From: a virus
Lineage: Duplodnaviria > Caudoviricetes
Strand: one strand, 5' to 3'
Virus record (IMG/VR): IMGVR_UViG_3300033550_000005
Location: 1 to 59,758 of that record
Length of the DNA stretch: 59,758 nucleotides
Shown here: in pieces, positions 1 through 9,190 of the stretch
Layout of the letters: each line of letters starts with the position of its first letter
How positions within the stretch are numbered: the stretch's first letter is position 1
Made by a program: the position numbers and the translations under genes
Notes under the pieces: generated by a model
Database searches by the model: none
Told to the model about the DNA's origin: nothing
The model's input: the letters and a program-made list of their open reading frames with translations, nothing else

Positions 1-179
1 CTACTACTCTCTCTTTATATATATATATTGTGTTATTCTGTATTAATACTCCTAAACCTATGATCTATAAGACCTAACAGAAAAACACAATTCGAAAATA
101 ATCTGTATTTTCTGTTTCAACTCTTTTGCGGCGGAATCACACCCACCCGAAGTGCCGCGCGTGTTAGGATCGCGAGCAA

Positions 180-245
180 AGAGCCTGGCGCTTCGTACCA
201 AGTCCTTCTGACGGTGGGCGAGGGTCGTGGCGCTAGGTTCTTCCA
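180..245 (+). ncRNA. Putative tRNA-like minihelix RNA ending in UCCA
   Basis: AGAGCCTGGCGC (180-191) pairs with GCGCTAGGTTCT (230-241), with G-U wobbles favouring the + strand. Followed by T-CCA-AC, the same junction seen after tRNA-Ser. Confidence 0.5.
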
Positions 246-247
246 AC

Positions 248-324
248 GCGGACGTAGCTCAACTGGACAGAGCACGTGACTTCTAATCTCGATGTTGTGA
301 GTTCGAGTCTCACCGTTCGTTCCA
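248..324 (+). tRNA. tRNA-Arg (anticodon UCU)
   Basis: Cloverleaf: acceptor GCGGACG/CGTTCGT, D arm GCTC..GAGC, anticodon loop CTTCTAA, T loop TTCGAGT, encoded CCA. Confidence 0.93.
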
Positions 325-328
325 ACAA

Positions 329-418
329 GGAGGCGTGGCAGAGTGGTTGATTGCAACAGTCTTGAAAACTGTCGACGCTTCGCGGCGCCCGTGAGTTCGA
401 ATCTCACCGCCTCCTCCA
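329..418 (+). tRNA. tRNA-Ser (anticodon UGA)
   Basis: Acceptor GGAGGCG/CGCCTCC, anticodon loop CTTGAAA, long variable arm, TTCGAAT T loop, CCA. Confidence 0.95.
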
Positions 419-420
419 AC

Positions 421-496
421 GCTGGCATAGCTCAGTTGGTAGAGCAGTTGCCTTGTAAGCATCAGGTCGTGGGTTCGATCCCTGCTGCCAGCACCA
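421..496 (+). tRNA. tRNA-Thr (anticodon UGU)
   Basis: Acceptor GCTGGCA/TGCCAGC, D loop AGTTGGTA, anticodon loop CTTGTAA, TTCGATC T loop, ACCA end. Confidence 0.95.
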
Positions 497-518
497 TCAC
501 CTAACACGGAGACACACC

Positions 519-902
519 ATGAGCTGTTCAGTCGAGTCAGAGATCCAAGCGCTTGGCCGCAACGCGCCTCGCATCACGCCGATGGACATCGAGAAGAACA
601 TCGTACAAGAGTGGTACTTCACGGCTGAGGAAGGCGTAGCGGGTTCCGCTGGCGGACCTGCCCAGCTCTCGGCACTGATCCGCGATGGTCACGTTGGTGA
701 ACCATCTTCACACCTCAGCCGCGTCACCTTCTGTGTGCTGGTCCTCACCAACGGGTTCGTAGTGACTGGATCTTCGGCCGCTGTCTCGCTCGAAGGCTTT
801 GACAAGGACATCGGCAGACAGGTAGCACGTAACAACGCGATCGATCAGGTCTGGCCGCTCATGGGCTACGCGCTACGAGAACAGCTCCACAACCAAGACT
901 AA
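519..902 (+). CDS. Phage Gp49/66-family protein (possible nucleotide-signal sponge, Acb4-like)
   Basis: Motifs APRITPMDIE, TFCVLVLTNGFVVTGSSA, FDKDIGRQVARNNAIDQVWPLMGY recognised as typical of the family; GGAG RBS. Confidence 0.75.
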   Translation: MSCSVESEIQALGRNAPRITPMDIEKNIVQEWYFTAEEGVAGSAGGPAQLSALIRDGHVGEPSSHLSRVTFCVLVLTNGFVVTGSSAAVSLEGFDKDIGRQVARNNAIDQVWPLMGYALREQLHNQD

Positions 903-903
903 C

Positions 904-1368
904 ATGACACGCAAGACGCCCACCAAGGAACAGACAGCCAAGAAGTCCTCATCCGACTTCAGGCCAGCACTCACCCAGGCCGCTGAGGTCGAAGAGGCTG
1001 CGCTCTCTGTTACCAAGGACGTCTACGACGAGACCTTCCTCCAGTTCGTTGAGTCACAAGCAGGCCTTGGTCTCGACCCGCTGTCTGATGAAGCCGTCCA
1101 ACTTCAGGCTCAGTACGCGGTGCTTGGCACTCACCCGTTCGATGTGCTCAAGCGGATCGTGGCAAACCCGTTCTGCTCGCCACGTGACAGGATCTCGGCC
1201 TCCAAGCTCTTGCTTGAGTACTCGGCACGCAAGGTACCTGCTCAGCTTGAGGTCACAGGTAAGAATGGATCTCCACTCAAGCTCGACGCCTCTCAGCTCT
1301 CACGGCTGAGCGACAAGGACCTTGATACCTTGGAGCGTCTGCTACAGAAGGCACAGGTCGCAGAGTGA
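904..1368 (+). CDS. Putative terminase small subunit
   Basis: Directly upstream of and overlapping TerL; C-terminal EVTGKNGSPL...LSDKDL motif common in TerS. Confidence 0.6.
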   Translation: MTRKTPTKEQTAKKSSSDFRPALTQAAEVEEAALSVTKDVYDETFLQFVESQAGLGLDPLSDEAVQLQAQYAVLGTHPFDVLKRIVANPFCSPRDRISASKLLLEYSARKVPAQLEVTGKNGSPLKLDASQLSRLSDKDLDTLERLLQKAQVAE

Positions 1369-2939
1369 ACGCGCCCGTCTCACCCACCTTCCTGCTCGAT
1401 GCGATCAAGAGCGAGCGCGAGAAGCGGAGAGCTGAGGAATCCTTCGCTGAGTTCGCCAAGCAAGCATGGCACATCCTCGAACCTGCTACTGAGCTGAAGT
1501 GGGGATGGGGACTCGACGCTATCTGTGAACACCTTGAGGCTGTGCACGATGGTGAGATCACACGGCTCCTCATGAACGTGCCGCCAGGCTCGATGAAGTC
1601 TCTGCTCACCAACGTCCTCTTCCCAGCATGGGAGTGGGGACCGGCGAACGCACCACACCTCCGCTTCCTTGCCACTGCGCACAAGGAACCACTCGCTGTG
1701 CGCGACAACCTCAAGTGCCGTCGCCTCATCCAGTCTGACTGGTACCAAGATCGATGGCCTGTGAAGTTGGTCGGAGATCAGAACGCGAAGTCTAAGTTCG
1801 AGAACGACAAGACGGGGTTCCGCGAGGCAATGCCATTCAAGTCGATGACAGGATCTCGCGGTGATCGCGTCACGCTCGATGACCCGCTCTCAGTGGACGG
1901 AGCGCGAAGTGATGCGGACATCGAGGCTTGTGCCAACACGTTCCGCGAAGCGCTGCCCACTCGCGTGAACAACGACAAGTCAGCCATCATCGTGATCATG
2001 CAGCGGCTCCACGAGCGTGACACGTCGGGCATCATCCTCGCTGAGAAGCTGCCATACGTCCACCTCTGTCTGCCCATGCGCTTCGAGCCTGAGCGTCGTT
2101 GCATGACGTCGATCGGGTTCGTGGACCCACGCAAGAAGGCGGGTGAGCTCTTCTTCCCTGAGCGGTTCCCTGAGGAGTCAGTGGCCGAGCTCGAGAAGAT
2201 CCTTGGTAAGTACGCGACAGCTGGTCAGCTGCAGCAACGTCCTGATCCAGCTGAAGGCGGGATCTTGGACCCTGAGCTCTTCTCGCTGTGGCCTGCGAAG
2301 CGAGGTCTTCCCACCTTCGACTACGTGGTGCAGAGCTATGACACCGCGTTTGAGCCGAAGGAGCAGGCAGATCCATCCGCGTTCATGGCATGGGGTGTGT
2401 TCACCCATAAGGGGAAGCGTGGTGCCATGCTCTTGGATGTTTGGGCCGAGCACTTGGCTTACCCGGATCTACGCAAGAAGGTCTTGAAGGAGTGGCACAC
2501 ACGCTATGGCGTCGAGGACAACCGCACAGGTCGCAAGACAGACGTGGTGCTGGTTGAGAAGAAGGCATCAGGCCAGTCACTGCTGCAGGATCTCAAGGCT
2601 GGTAACGTGCCGACAGCTCAGTTCCCATTCAAGGGGATGGGTAACATCAGCAAGTCAGCACGCGCCCACCTTACCGCTCCGATCTTAGAGCTTGGCTGCT
2701 TGTACCTGCTTGAGTCCAGCAAGGAAGAAGGTGAGCCAGTCTTCTGGGCTCGCGACTTCCTTCGTCAGCTCCGCATGTTCCCGAACGGTGAGCACGACGA
2801 CATGGTTGACACATTTACGCAGGCCATGATATATTTACGCGACAACAACTGGTTCGAGCTGGACGCGGCAGACATAGACGAGGTCGAAGACCACGACTAC
2901 ACCGCGGACAAGAAGAAACAGAACCCATACCTGAGGTGA
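1365..2939 (+). CDS. terL: Terminase large subunit
   Basis: ATPase motifs NVPPGSMKS, TGSRGD..LDDP, IMQRLHERD; nuclease acidic motifs QSYDTAF, VEKKASG, FPNGEHDDMVD. Confidence 0.93.
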   Translation: MNAPVSPTFLLDAIKSEREKRRAEESFAEFAKQAWHILEPATELKWGWGLDAICEHLEAVHDGEITRLLMNVPPGSMKSLLTNVLFPAWEWGPANAPHLRFLATAHKEPLAVRDNLKCRRLIQSDWYQDRWPVKLVGDQNAKSKFENDKTGFREAMPFKSMTGSRGDRVTLDDPLSVDGARSDADIEACANTFREALPTRVNNDKSAIIVIMQRLHERDTSGIILAEKLPYVHLCLPMRFEPERRCMTSIGFVDPRKKAGELFFPERFPEESVAELEKILGKYATAGQLQQRPDPAEGGILDPELFSLWPAKRGLPTFDYVVQSYDTAFEPKEQADPSAFMAWGVFTHKGKRGAMLLDVWAEHLAYPDLRKKVLKEWHTRYGVEDNRTGRKTDVVLVEKKASGQSLLQDLKAGNVPTAQFPFKGMGNISKSARAHLTAPILELGCLYLLESSKEEGEPVFWARDFLRQLRMFPNGEHDDMVDTFTQAMIYLRDNNWFELDAADIDEVEDHDYTADKKKQNPYLR

Positions 2940-2943
2940 CAGC

Positions 2944-3627
2944 ATGGGAGCACTTGACCAACTCATCAGACGTATCCAACCCTCTAAGCTCTCACGTGCT
3001 CAGAAGGATGACTGGCGCTCGCTCACCAAGAAGGTGTACGTGCCTGAGATGCGAAGAGCTGAGGACCGCATGGCTCAGTTCCTTCGTGCGGCTGAGACTG
3101 CACCTGATGAGGGGACACGTGAGGCTCTGCTCCGTGCTGCTGACCGCGAGAAGTACAAGTCAGCCCGCTTCGCCATGATGGACTCCGCCGCTGCTACGAT
3201 CAGCTCGGCCATACCACGTGTGGACGACGGGCTTGAGACCATGTTCCTCACCGGTGGCGAAAAGGAGCTGCCGGTCGGCATCGCCAACTTCTACAAGCCG
3301 GGTCGCTACATGGCTGATGACCCAGAGCTGAACTCAGCGGGCTACCTCGAACAGCTGGCAGCAACGGGCGAAGTGCCTGGCACTGGGCGCTCACTCCTCT
3401 ACTCGATGGGCCAGGACATGCAGGAGGATCCCATCATGTGGTTGTCGCTCCCATATGCGGACACGATGGACTTCTACAAGTCGCGTGGTGCTGAGCTCTA
3501 CTCGCCGAAGGCAGGCTCACAGCTGACCGACCGCAACTACCCGGTGTTCCGCGTTGAGCGTGGTGACCTGATCAAGAAGAAGCGCGGAGGTCTAGTGCAG
3601 TACTGCGACAGGTGCAACCATGGCTGA
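2944..3627 (+). CDS. Putative GNAT-fold acetyltransferase-like protein
   Basis: YLEQLAA..VPGTGRSLL (motif A-like) and TMDFYKSRG (motif B-like); C-terminal KRGGLV motif. Confidence 0.45.
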   Translation: MGALDQLIRRIQPSKLSRAQKDDWRSLTKKVYVPEMRRAEDRMAQFLRAAETAPDEGTREALLRAADREKYKSARFAMMDSAAATISSAIPRVDDGLETMFLTGGEKELPVGIANFYKPGRYMADDPELNSAGYLEQLAATGEVPGTGRSLLYSMGQDMQEDPIMWLSLPYADTMDFYKSRGAELYSPKAGSQLTDRNYPVFRVERGDLIKKKRGGLVQYCDRCNHG

Positions 3628-3829
3628 TCGCTGGAAGAACCGCAGGTGGATGGCGTGGCTCGCTCTGCTCGGAGGCCTCGGCTTTCCGATCTTGGTCGTG
3701 CTGGCGAAGATGGAGCAGCTGTCGGCGATCGCGCCGCACTTCTACCTGTTCGTTGGCGCCGTGGTCGGCTGCTATGTGGGCTTCGCCACGATGGACGACA
3801 AGTGGACAGCACAAGAGGGTGGTAAGTGA
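3620..3829 (+). CDS. Small two-TM membrane protein (holin-like)
   Basis: Basic N-terminus and two hydrophobic segments in 69 aa. Confidence 0.55.
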   Translation: MADRWKNRRWMAWLALLGGLGFPILVVLAKMEQLSAIAPHFYLFVGAVVGCYVGFATMDDKWTAQEGGK

Positions 3830-4119
3830 TGGGCGACGTGCTGAGCTTTGCGAGGCCGGTTGAAGAGGTCATCCACCGGTCGGGCGCAGCTCACTGCCTC
3901 CACTGTCGGCACGAGTGGGTTGCGGTAGCACCTGTTGGTATCGTGTACGTCGAGTGTCCTGAGTGTCACTGTGACAAGGGCGTGTTCACAGGTGTGACGC
4001 TCCCACCTGTTGGCACTGAGCACTTCGTGTGCGGGTGTGGGAACGGTCTCTTTTCAGTGACACGGGACTACGTGCTGTGCGCTAACTGCGGTAGTTGGAA
4101 GTATTTTTCGGAGCTGTAG
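3826..4119 (+). CDS. Zn-ribbon protein
   Basis: CLHC, CPEC, CGCG, CANC cysteine pairs. Confidence 0.6.
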   Translation: MMGDVLSFARPVEEVIHRSGAAHCLHCRHEWVAVAPVGIVYVECPECHCDKGVFTGVTLPPVGTEHFVCGCGNGLFSVTRDYVLCANCGSWKYFSEL

Positions 4120-4124
4120 AGAAC

Positions 4125-6383
4125 ATGAACATCAACCAGCTACGCGACAAGATCGCAGAGATCGAGAAGATCGGACAGGACATGCACCGACGTCTCGAGG
4201 AGAAGGTGCGTCAGCTGCCTGGCAACGTGGACAAGGTGCGGCTGGGTGAGTACATCGACTCGGCCAAGCGGGACATTGACACGCGAGTGCTTGGCGCTAA
4301 GCGCGACATGTCACGTGAGCTGCTGAGCCGCAAGACCGCAGATCAGGCAACGGACAAGGACTACCTGCGTGGTGTGCCTGTCTCGACCCGTGCGCTGCTT
4401 GAACAGACGCTGCGCCAAGAGGGTCCGCGAGATCAGCTCCGTGAGTCGCCATCGGTGCCACGCCGCATGCTCTCGTCCTTCGCGGATGGGTACGAGTCGC
4501 TGGGTGGTTGGCTGAAGGACTATGACACATCGTCTGAGTCAGCACCTGAAGGCATCGCACGCTTCGCGGGTGAGCTGGCGTCTGATCCGCTGAACCTGAT
4601 CGGTGCCGGCGCCATGAAGGTCGCCCGTAAGGCTGCGCCCTACGCGCTTGGTGCTGCGGGCACAGGCTACGCACAGGACACTGAGGCAGGCGTGCTGCCC
4701 AGGTTCCTCCGACCCGCTGCGCGCTCAGCGCTGGGTGAGCTGGGTGAGAGCACGGTCGCTCCACGCGGTGCGCTCTCGGTGGTGAAGCCAAAGGGTGGGA
4801 ACTGGCTGAGCGGATCGGTGGAGGATGCGTTGAAGCCGTTGCGACAGTATGAAGATCCAGCTGTGAGAGCAGCGGCTATAAATACACCACATCTTGCTTC
4901 ACGCGTAGCCGTTAATGATTGGGTCCAAGGCCCACTCACCAAGTACGTGAAGAACCAGATGGCCACGCCCGAGGACCCGGTGCGTGCTCTTGCAGAGCAG
5001 GGGATCTTGCACATGCCGCCTATTGAGGGATTGGACTGGGTTCCGAATGAGGTAGTAGATCGCCGCAGATGGACTAAATTCCCAGAGGAGGGGATGGCTC
5101 AGAGCGATTTGGCCAAGCAGTGGGAGATTGCTTCTGACTACTCTGTTACTCCATACGCGGCAGGTGAGATAGCACAAAGCTCTATGGTACTTGATAATCC
5201 GTGGTCTACTAACTTGCCTCGTGCAGAGAAGGTATATCAGGCCTCTAAAGATCTAGGAACATACAGTGAACTAGGTCTGCCACACCTCACCGACGAGCTG
5301 AGAAACGCGACCCGAGCCGACAGCGATCTCCCCCGTCAGCTGCGTATCGAGCCCGAGAAGCTGAGCAAGATGAGCATGGACGCAGCCGTGCGCCACGTGG
5401 CGAAGATCAACGAGTGGAGAGCTAAGAACGCGGCTGAGGCCAACGCCGCGCTCGCCAACAACGCCGCCACTGCGCTGCACAAGGAGTACCCAGATCAGGG
5501 CTTTAGGTGGGTTGAGCTGCGTGCACCTGAAAAGACGGGCCGTAATATAAAGGTCCTTGCTGAGAGTGAAGACATGGCTGATGAGCTCAGTCCTGCTGCA
5601 CACGATGCCGCACGTGAGTATGGTCTTGAAGAGGGTACTGATGAGTTTGACGACTTTGTTGTCGACTGGTTAAATGAGAATGGCCACTATGCTACGACTG
5701 AGTTTGATATGGATGAGTCACATAAAGCTTTGCGCGACGCACTCAAGTACGAAGGCGACACGATGGGCCACTGTGTCGGTGGGTATTGTGACGACGTGCT
5801 GAGTGGTATGACCAAGATCTACTCACTCCGCGACGCGAAGGGTCAGCCGCACGTGACGGTGGAGGTGGCTCCACCCACAGATAATAAATACACTACAAGC
5901 TTGAAGTCTGAGTTTGGAGATGCCTGGGAAGATTACTACGACCCCACCATCGACGCTGGGTACGAACCGAGCGGTGCGCGCATCGTCCAGATCAAAGGCA
6001 AGGGCAACAAGAAGCCGAAGGATGAGTACCTACCCTTCGTTCAGGACTTCGTGCGCTCGGGCCAGTGGTCTGACGTCGGAGACCTAAGCAACACGGGGTT
6101 GCGTAAAATGGAATGGGGCCCAGACATTATTAAGGGTTTCAAAGAACATAATATCTCTCACCCCGAAGGTTACGGGACTTCAGAGGAGGTGAACGAGGCC
6201 ATCAACGCTCTGAACAAGGCACGGGGGTTCGCAAAGGGCGGAAGCGTTGTCGTTCAGCCGTGGCAAGAGACAGCGACTGTCGGTACACGCGGGTATAAAG
6301 TGAATACTATTTCGGACCTACAGGGTATAATCAACGCACTGACAGGAGGCACCAGAGATGCCGCTCAAGAAGTCACCCTCTAA
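4125..6383 (+). CDS. Large multidomain protein with C-terminal PcfJ-like domain
   Basis: LKYEGDTMGHCVGGY..IYSLRD..PHVTVEV..IVQIKGKGN motif; ATG at 4125 preferred to the ORF-track TTG start at 4095. Confidence 0.65.
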   Translation: MNINQLRDKIAEIEKIGQDMHRRLEEKVRQLPGNVDKVRLGEYIDSAKRDIDTRVLGAKRDMSRELLSRKTADQATDKDYLRGVPVSTRALLEQTLRQEGPRDQLRESPSVPRRMLSSFADGYESLGGWLKDYDTSSESAPEGIARFAGELASDPLNLIGAGAMKVARKAAPYALGAAGTGYAQDTEAGVLPRFLRPAARSALGELGESTVAPRGALSVVKPKGGNWLSGSVEDALKPLRQYEDPAVRAAAINTPHLASRVAVNDWVQGPLTKYVKNQMATPEDPVRALAEQGILHMPPIEGLDWVPNEVVDRRRWTKFPEEGMAQSDLAKQWEIASDYSVTPYAAGEIAQSSMVLDNPWSTNLPRAEKVYQASKDLGTYSELGLPHLTDELRNATRADSDLPRQLRIEPEKLSKMSMDAAVRHVAKINEWRAKNAAEANAALANNAATALHKEYPDQGFRWVELRAPEKTGRNIKVLAESEDMADELSPAAHDAAREYGLEEGTDEFDDFVVDWLNENGHYATTEFDMDESHKALRDALKYEGDTMGHCVGGYCDDVLSGMTKIYSLRDAKGQPHVTVEVAPPTDNKYTTSLKSEFGDAWEDYYDPTIDAGYEPSGARIVQIKGKGNKKPKDEYLPFVQDFVRSGQWSDVGDLSNTGLRKMEWGPDIIKGFKEHNISHPEGYGTSEEVNEAINALNKARGFAKGGSVVVQPWQETATVGTRGYKVNTISDLQGIINALTGGTRDAAQEVTL

Positions 6384-6489
6384 GAAAGCTGTCTCGGAGA
6401 ACATCAAGACCGAGATGAAAGCAGGTAAGCCTCAGAAGCAGGCAATCGCCATTGCGCTGAACGTTCAGCGAAGAGCAAAGAAGAAATGA
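6358..6489 (+). CDS. Small basic phage protein (MPLKKSPSKKAVSENIKTEMKAGKPQKQAIAIAL...)
   Basis: 43-aa ORF read by hand (below track cutoff); AGGAGG RBS upstream; type of small protein often seen before phage portals. Confidence 0.75.
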   Translation: MPLKKSPSKKAVSENIKTEMKAGKPQKQAIAIALNVQRRAKKK

Positions 6490-6514
6490 TGTCCGTACAA
6501 AAGGTGCAACGCTA

Positions 6515-9190
6515 ATGGACGAACCAACAGTAGACAGCCGCCAACTCTTCGAAGAGGACGCCGATCTTCAACTGACCGAGCAGGATGATGGTTCGGTAAT
6601 CGTCAATGACCTTGAGGCTGTTGATAAGTCAGAAATTGGCCAGGACTTCTTCGAGAACCTGGCGGTTTCTGTTGACAGCTTCGGTCTCAACGACCTCGCC
6701 TCAAACCTGCTAGACCTCATCGAGCGCGATGCTGAGGCCCGCAAGAAGCGGGATGAACAGTACGCCGAAGGCATCAAGCGCACAGGGCTCGGTGACGAAG
6801 CGCCTGGTGGTGCGGACTTCGAGGGTGCGTCCAAGGCCGTCCACCCTGTCCTCGCCGAGGGCTGTGTCGACTTCGCGGCCCGTACGACCAAGGAGCTGTT
6901 CCCGCCCAATGGCCCTGTCAAGATGAAGATCATCGGCAAGGCGGACGAGGAAAAGCTGGAGAAGGCTCGCCGCAAGCGCGACTTCCTCAACTGGACGCTG
7001 ACGACCAAGATCGCCGAGTACCGCGACGAGGAAGAGATCCTGCTCACACAGTTGCCACTCGGCGGCTCTCAGTACGAGAAGTTCTGGTTCGATCCTGCGC
7101 TCCGCCGTATCTGCATGGAGTTCGTGCCGATCGATAAGGTGCTGCTGCCATTCTCGGCCACGTCCTTCTACACCTCACAGCGCATCACACACGTCCAAGA
7201 GATCACCCAGGTGACGTTCGAGGACCGCGAGCGATCAGGGCTATATCGTAAGGTACCGATCACGAAGGAGGCGTCTCCTCAAGAGACACCGGCCAAGAAG
7301 GCGACTGATGCCGTCGAGGGCGTCGAGGAAGACGCGTACAACTCGGACGGGCTGCGCACGGTCTACGAGGTTGACTGCCGCATCTCGGTGAAGGACGACC
7401 CGCTCTCCAAGGGCGAGGACGGCTGGTACATCGTGCACGTCGACAAGGCGACGCGTGCTGTGCTGGGCCTGTACCGTAACTGGGAACCTGAGAAGAGCCT
7501 GCTCGACCGCATCGAGTGGTGGGTTGAGAAGAAGTTCATCCCGTGGCGTGGTGTGTACGGTATTGGACTACCACACCTGATCGGTTCGCTGAGTGGTGCG
7601 CTGACAGGTGCGCTCCGAGCTCTGCTTGACTCTGCACACATCAACAACGCGCCGGGTGCACTGAAGCTGAAGGGTGGTCGTGCCTCAGGTCAGAATACCG
7701 AGGTTGCGATCACAGAGGTCCGTGAGATCGACGCGCCGAGCGGCGTAGATGACATCCGCAAGGTCATCATGCCGATGCCGTTTAACCCGCCGTCGCCTGT
7801 GCTCTTCCAGCTCCTTGAGTGGATCACGAACCAGGCCAAGGGCGTGGTGGCGACGGCCGAAGAGCGGATCTCTGAGGCCTCAAACAACATGCCGGTTGGT
7901 ACGGCGATGGCGCTGATCGAACAAGGCTCGCAAGTCTTCAGCTCGATCCACGCCCGCCTGCATGAGTCACAGCGCCGTGCCCTGAAGATCATCTGCCGCC
8001 TAATCGTTCAGTACCCAGACGAGCACATGCAGGACCTGCAGCGCTTTGGGCTGACGCCGCAGGACTTCATGGAGAACGACGACATCGAGCCCGTCAGCGA
8101 CCCGCGGATCTTCAGCGAGGCCCAGCGGTTTGCACAGCTCCAAGAGACCTACAAGGTCGCACAGTCATTCCCACAGCTGCCGTGGAACTTCCACCAGCTG
8201 GCCAAGCGCTCGCTTGAGGCTCTGCGTGTAGACGGTATAGAGACGCTCCTACCCGATCCACCAAAGCCGGTGACCTCAGACCCAACGACTGAGAACTCGG
8301 CGGCGATGAGCGGACAGATGATAGCCGCGATCCTTGAGCAGGACCACCAGGCGCACATCACGTCACACCTGGCCTTTATCTTGTCACCTATCGGTAAGCT
8401 GGCACCGGTTGGTGCTGGACAGGCCTTGGGTGTGATCATGAACCACATCCAGCAGCACATCGTGCTCTTGTATCAGCAGCTGACCGAACAGATGCAGGTC
8501 ATGGTGATGAATGAGGCCATGATGATGGGAATACAGCCCTCACCTGATCAGCTCATGGCTGAGGCCGGCAATCGGGCACTGCAACAACTCGACCAGTTCC
8601 TCAGCCAGCTTGAGCAGCCGCTCCAAGAGGCTCAGGCCCTCGTTCAGTCGAAGATGCCACCACCACCGCCGGACCCAGCGGTTGACGCGACGTTCAAGGC
8701 CGCGATGGCTCAGATCGAAGCGCGCAAGGAAACGGACATGGCGCGGTTGAAGCTAGACCAAGGCAAGGCGATGAGCGACGAAGAGCACCGTCGCGTCGAG
8801 GCTTCGCTCAAACAGCGTTTGGAAGAGATTGTCGCAGAGAACAACCGCATGATCGAAATGATGCGTGAGGCCAACAAGCGCGAGATCGAGAGCCTCAAGC
8901 AGAACGTAGAGCTGCAGAAAAATGATGCTGACAACCGTCAGAAACAACAGACTGACCTACTACAGAATGCACAGGACAACCAGACTGCGATCATCATTGA
9001 GCGCATGCGCCAACAGCTTGAGAGAGCTGCTGAGCCGCCGTCACAAGAGGTGAAGATCCCAGACCTCTCTACATTCATGGAATCGTTCGCGAACCTGTTC
9101 GGTGAGATGCAGCGGTCGGGTGAAGAACGTCAGCGCCAGAACATGGAGCTGGTACAAAAGCTCTTGAGCGGGGGTGGTTTAGATGGCTGA
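6515..9190 (+). CDS. Portal protein
   Basis: 891 aa after TerL; FEGASKAVHPVLAEGCVDFAAR, YGIGLPHLIG, PVGTAMALIEQGS motifs; long C-terminal coiled coil (barrel-like). Confidence 0.85.
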   Translation: MDEPTVDSRQLFEEDADLQLTEQDDGSVIVNDLEAVDKSEIGQDFFENLAVSVDSFGLNDLASNLLDLIERDAEARKKRDEQYAEGIKRTGLGDEAPGGADFEGASKAVHPVLAEGCVDFAARTTKELFPPNGPVKMKIIGKADEEKLEKARRKRDFLNWTLTTKIAEYRDEEEILLTQLPLGGSQYEKFWFDPALRRICMEFVPIDKVLLPFSATSFYTSQRITHVQEITQVTFEDRERSGLYRKVPITKEASPQETPAKKATDAVEGVEEDAYNSDGLRTVYEVDCRISVKDDPLSKGEDGWYIVHVDKATRAVLGLYRNWEPEKSLLDRIEWWVEKKFIPWRGVYGIGLPHLIGSLSGALTGALRALLDSAHINNAPGALKLKGGRASGQNTEVAITEVREIDAPSGVDDIRKVIMPMPFNPPSPVLFQLLEWITNQAKGVVATAEERISEASNNMPVGTAMALIEQGSQVFSSIHARLHESQRRALKIICRLIVQYPDEHMQDLQRFGLTPQDFMENDDIEPVSDPRIFSEAQRFAQLQETYKVAQSFPQLPWNFHQLAKRSLEALRVDGIETLLPDPPKPVTSDPTTENSAAMSGQMIAAILEQDHQAHITSHLAFILSPIGKLAPVGAGQALGVIMNHIQQHIVLLYQQLTEQMQVMVMNEAMMMGIQPSPDQLMAEAGNRALQQLDQFLSQLEQPLQEAQALVQSKMPPPPPDPAVDATFKAAMAQIEARKETDMARLKLDQGKAMSDEEHRRVEASLKQRLEEIVAENNRMIEMMREANKREIESLKQNVELQKNDADNRQKQQTDLLQNAQDNQTAIIIERMRQQLERAAEPPSQEVKIPDLSTFMESFANLFGEMQRSGEERQRQNMELVQKLLSGGGLDG

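Noticed and set aside
58-507. - strand ORFs over the tRNA cluster
   Set aside because: Antisense to three well-formed tRNAs.
6285-6332. GGGTATAA-type late promoter motif (also near 25392)
   Set aside because: A TATAAT-like hexamer is present but there is no convincing -35 or longer conserved consensus; too weak to call.
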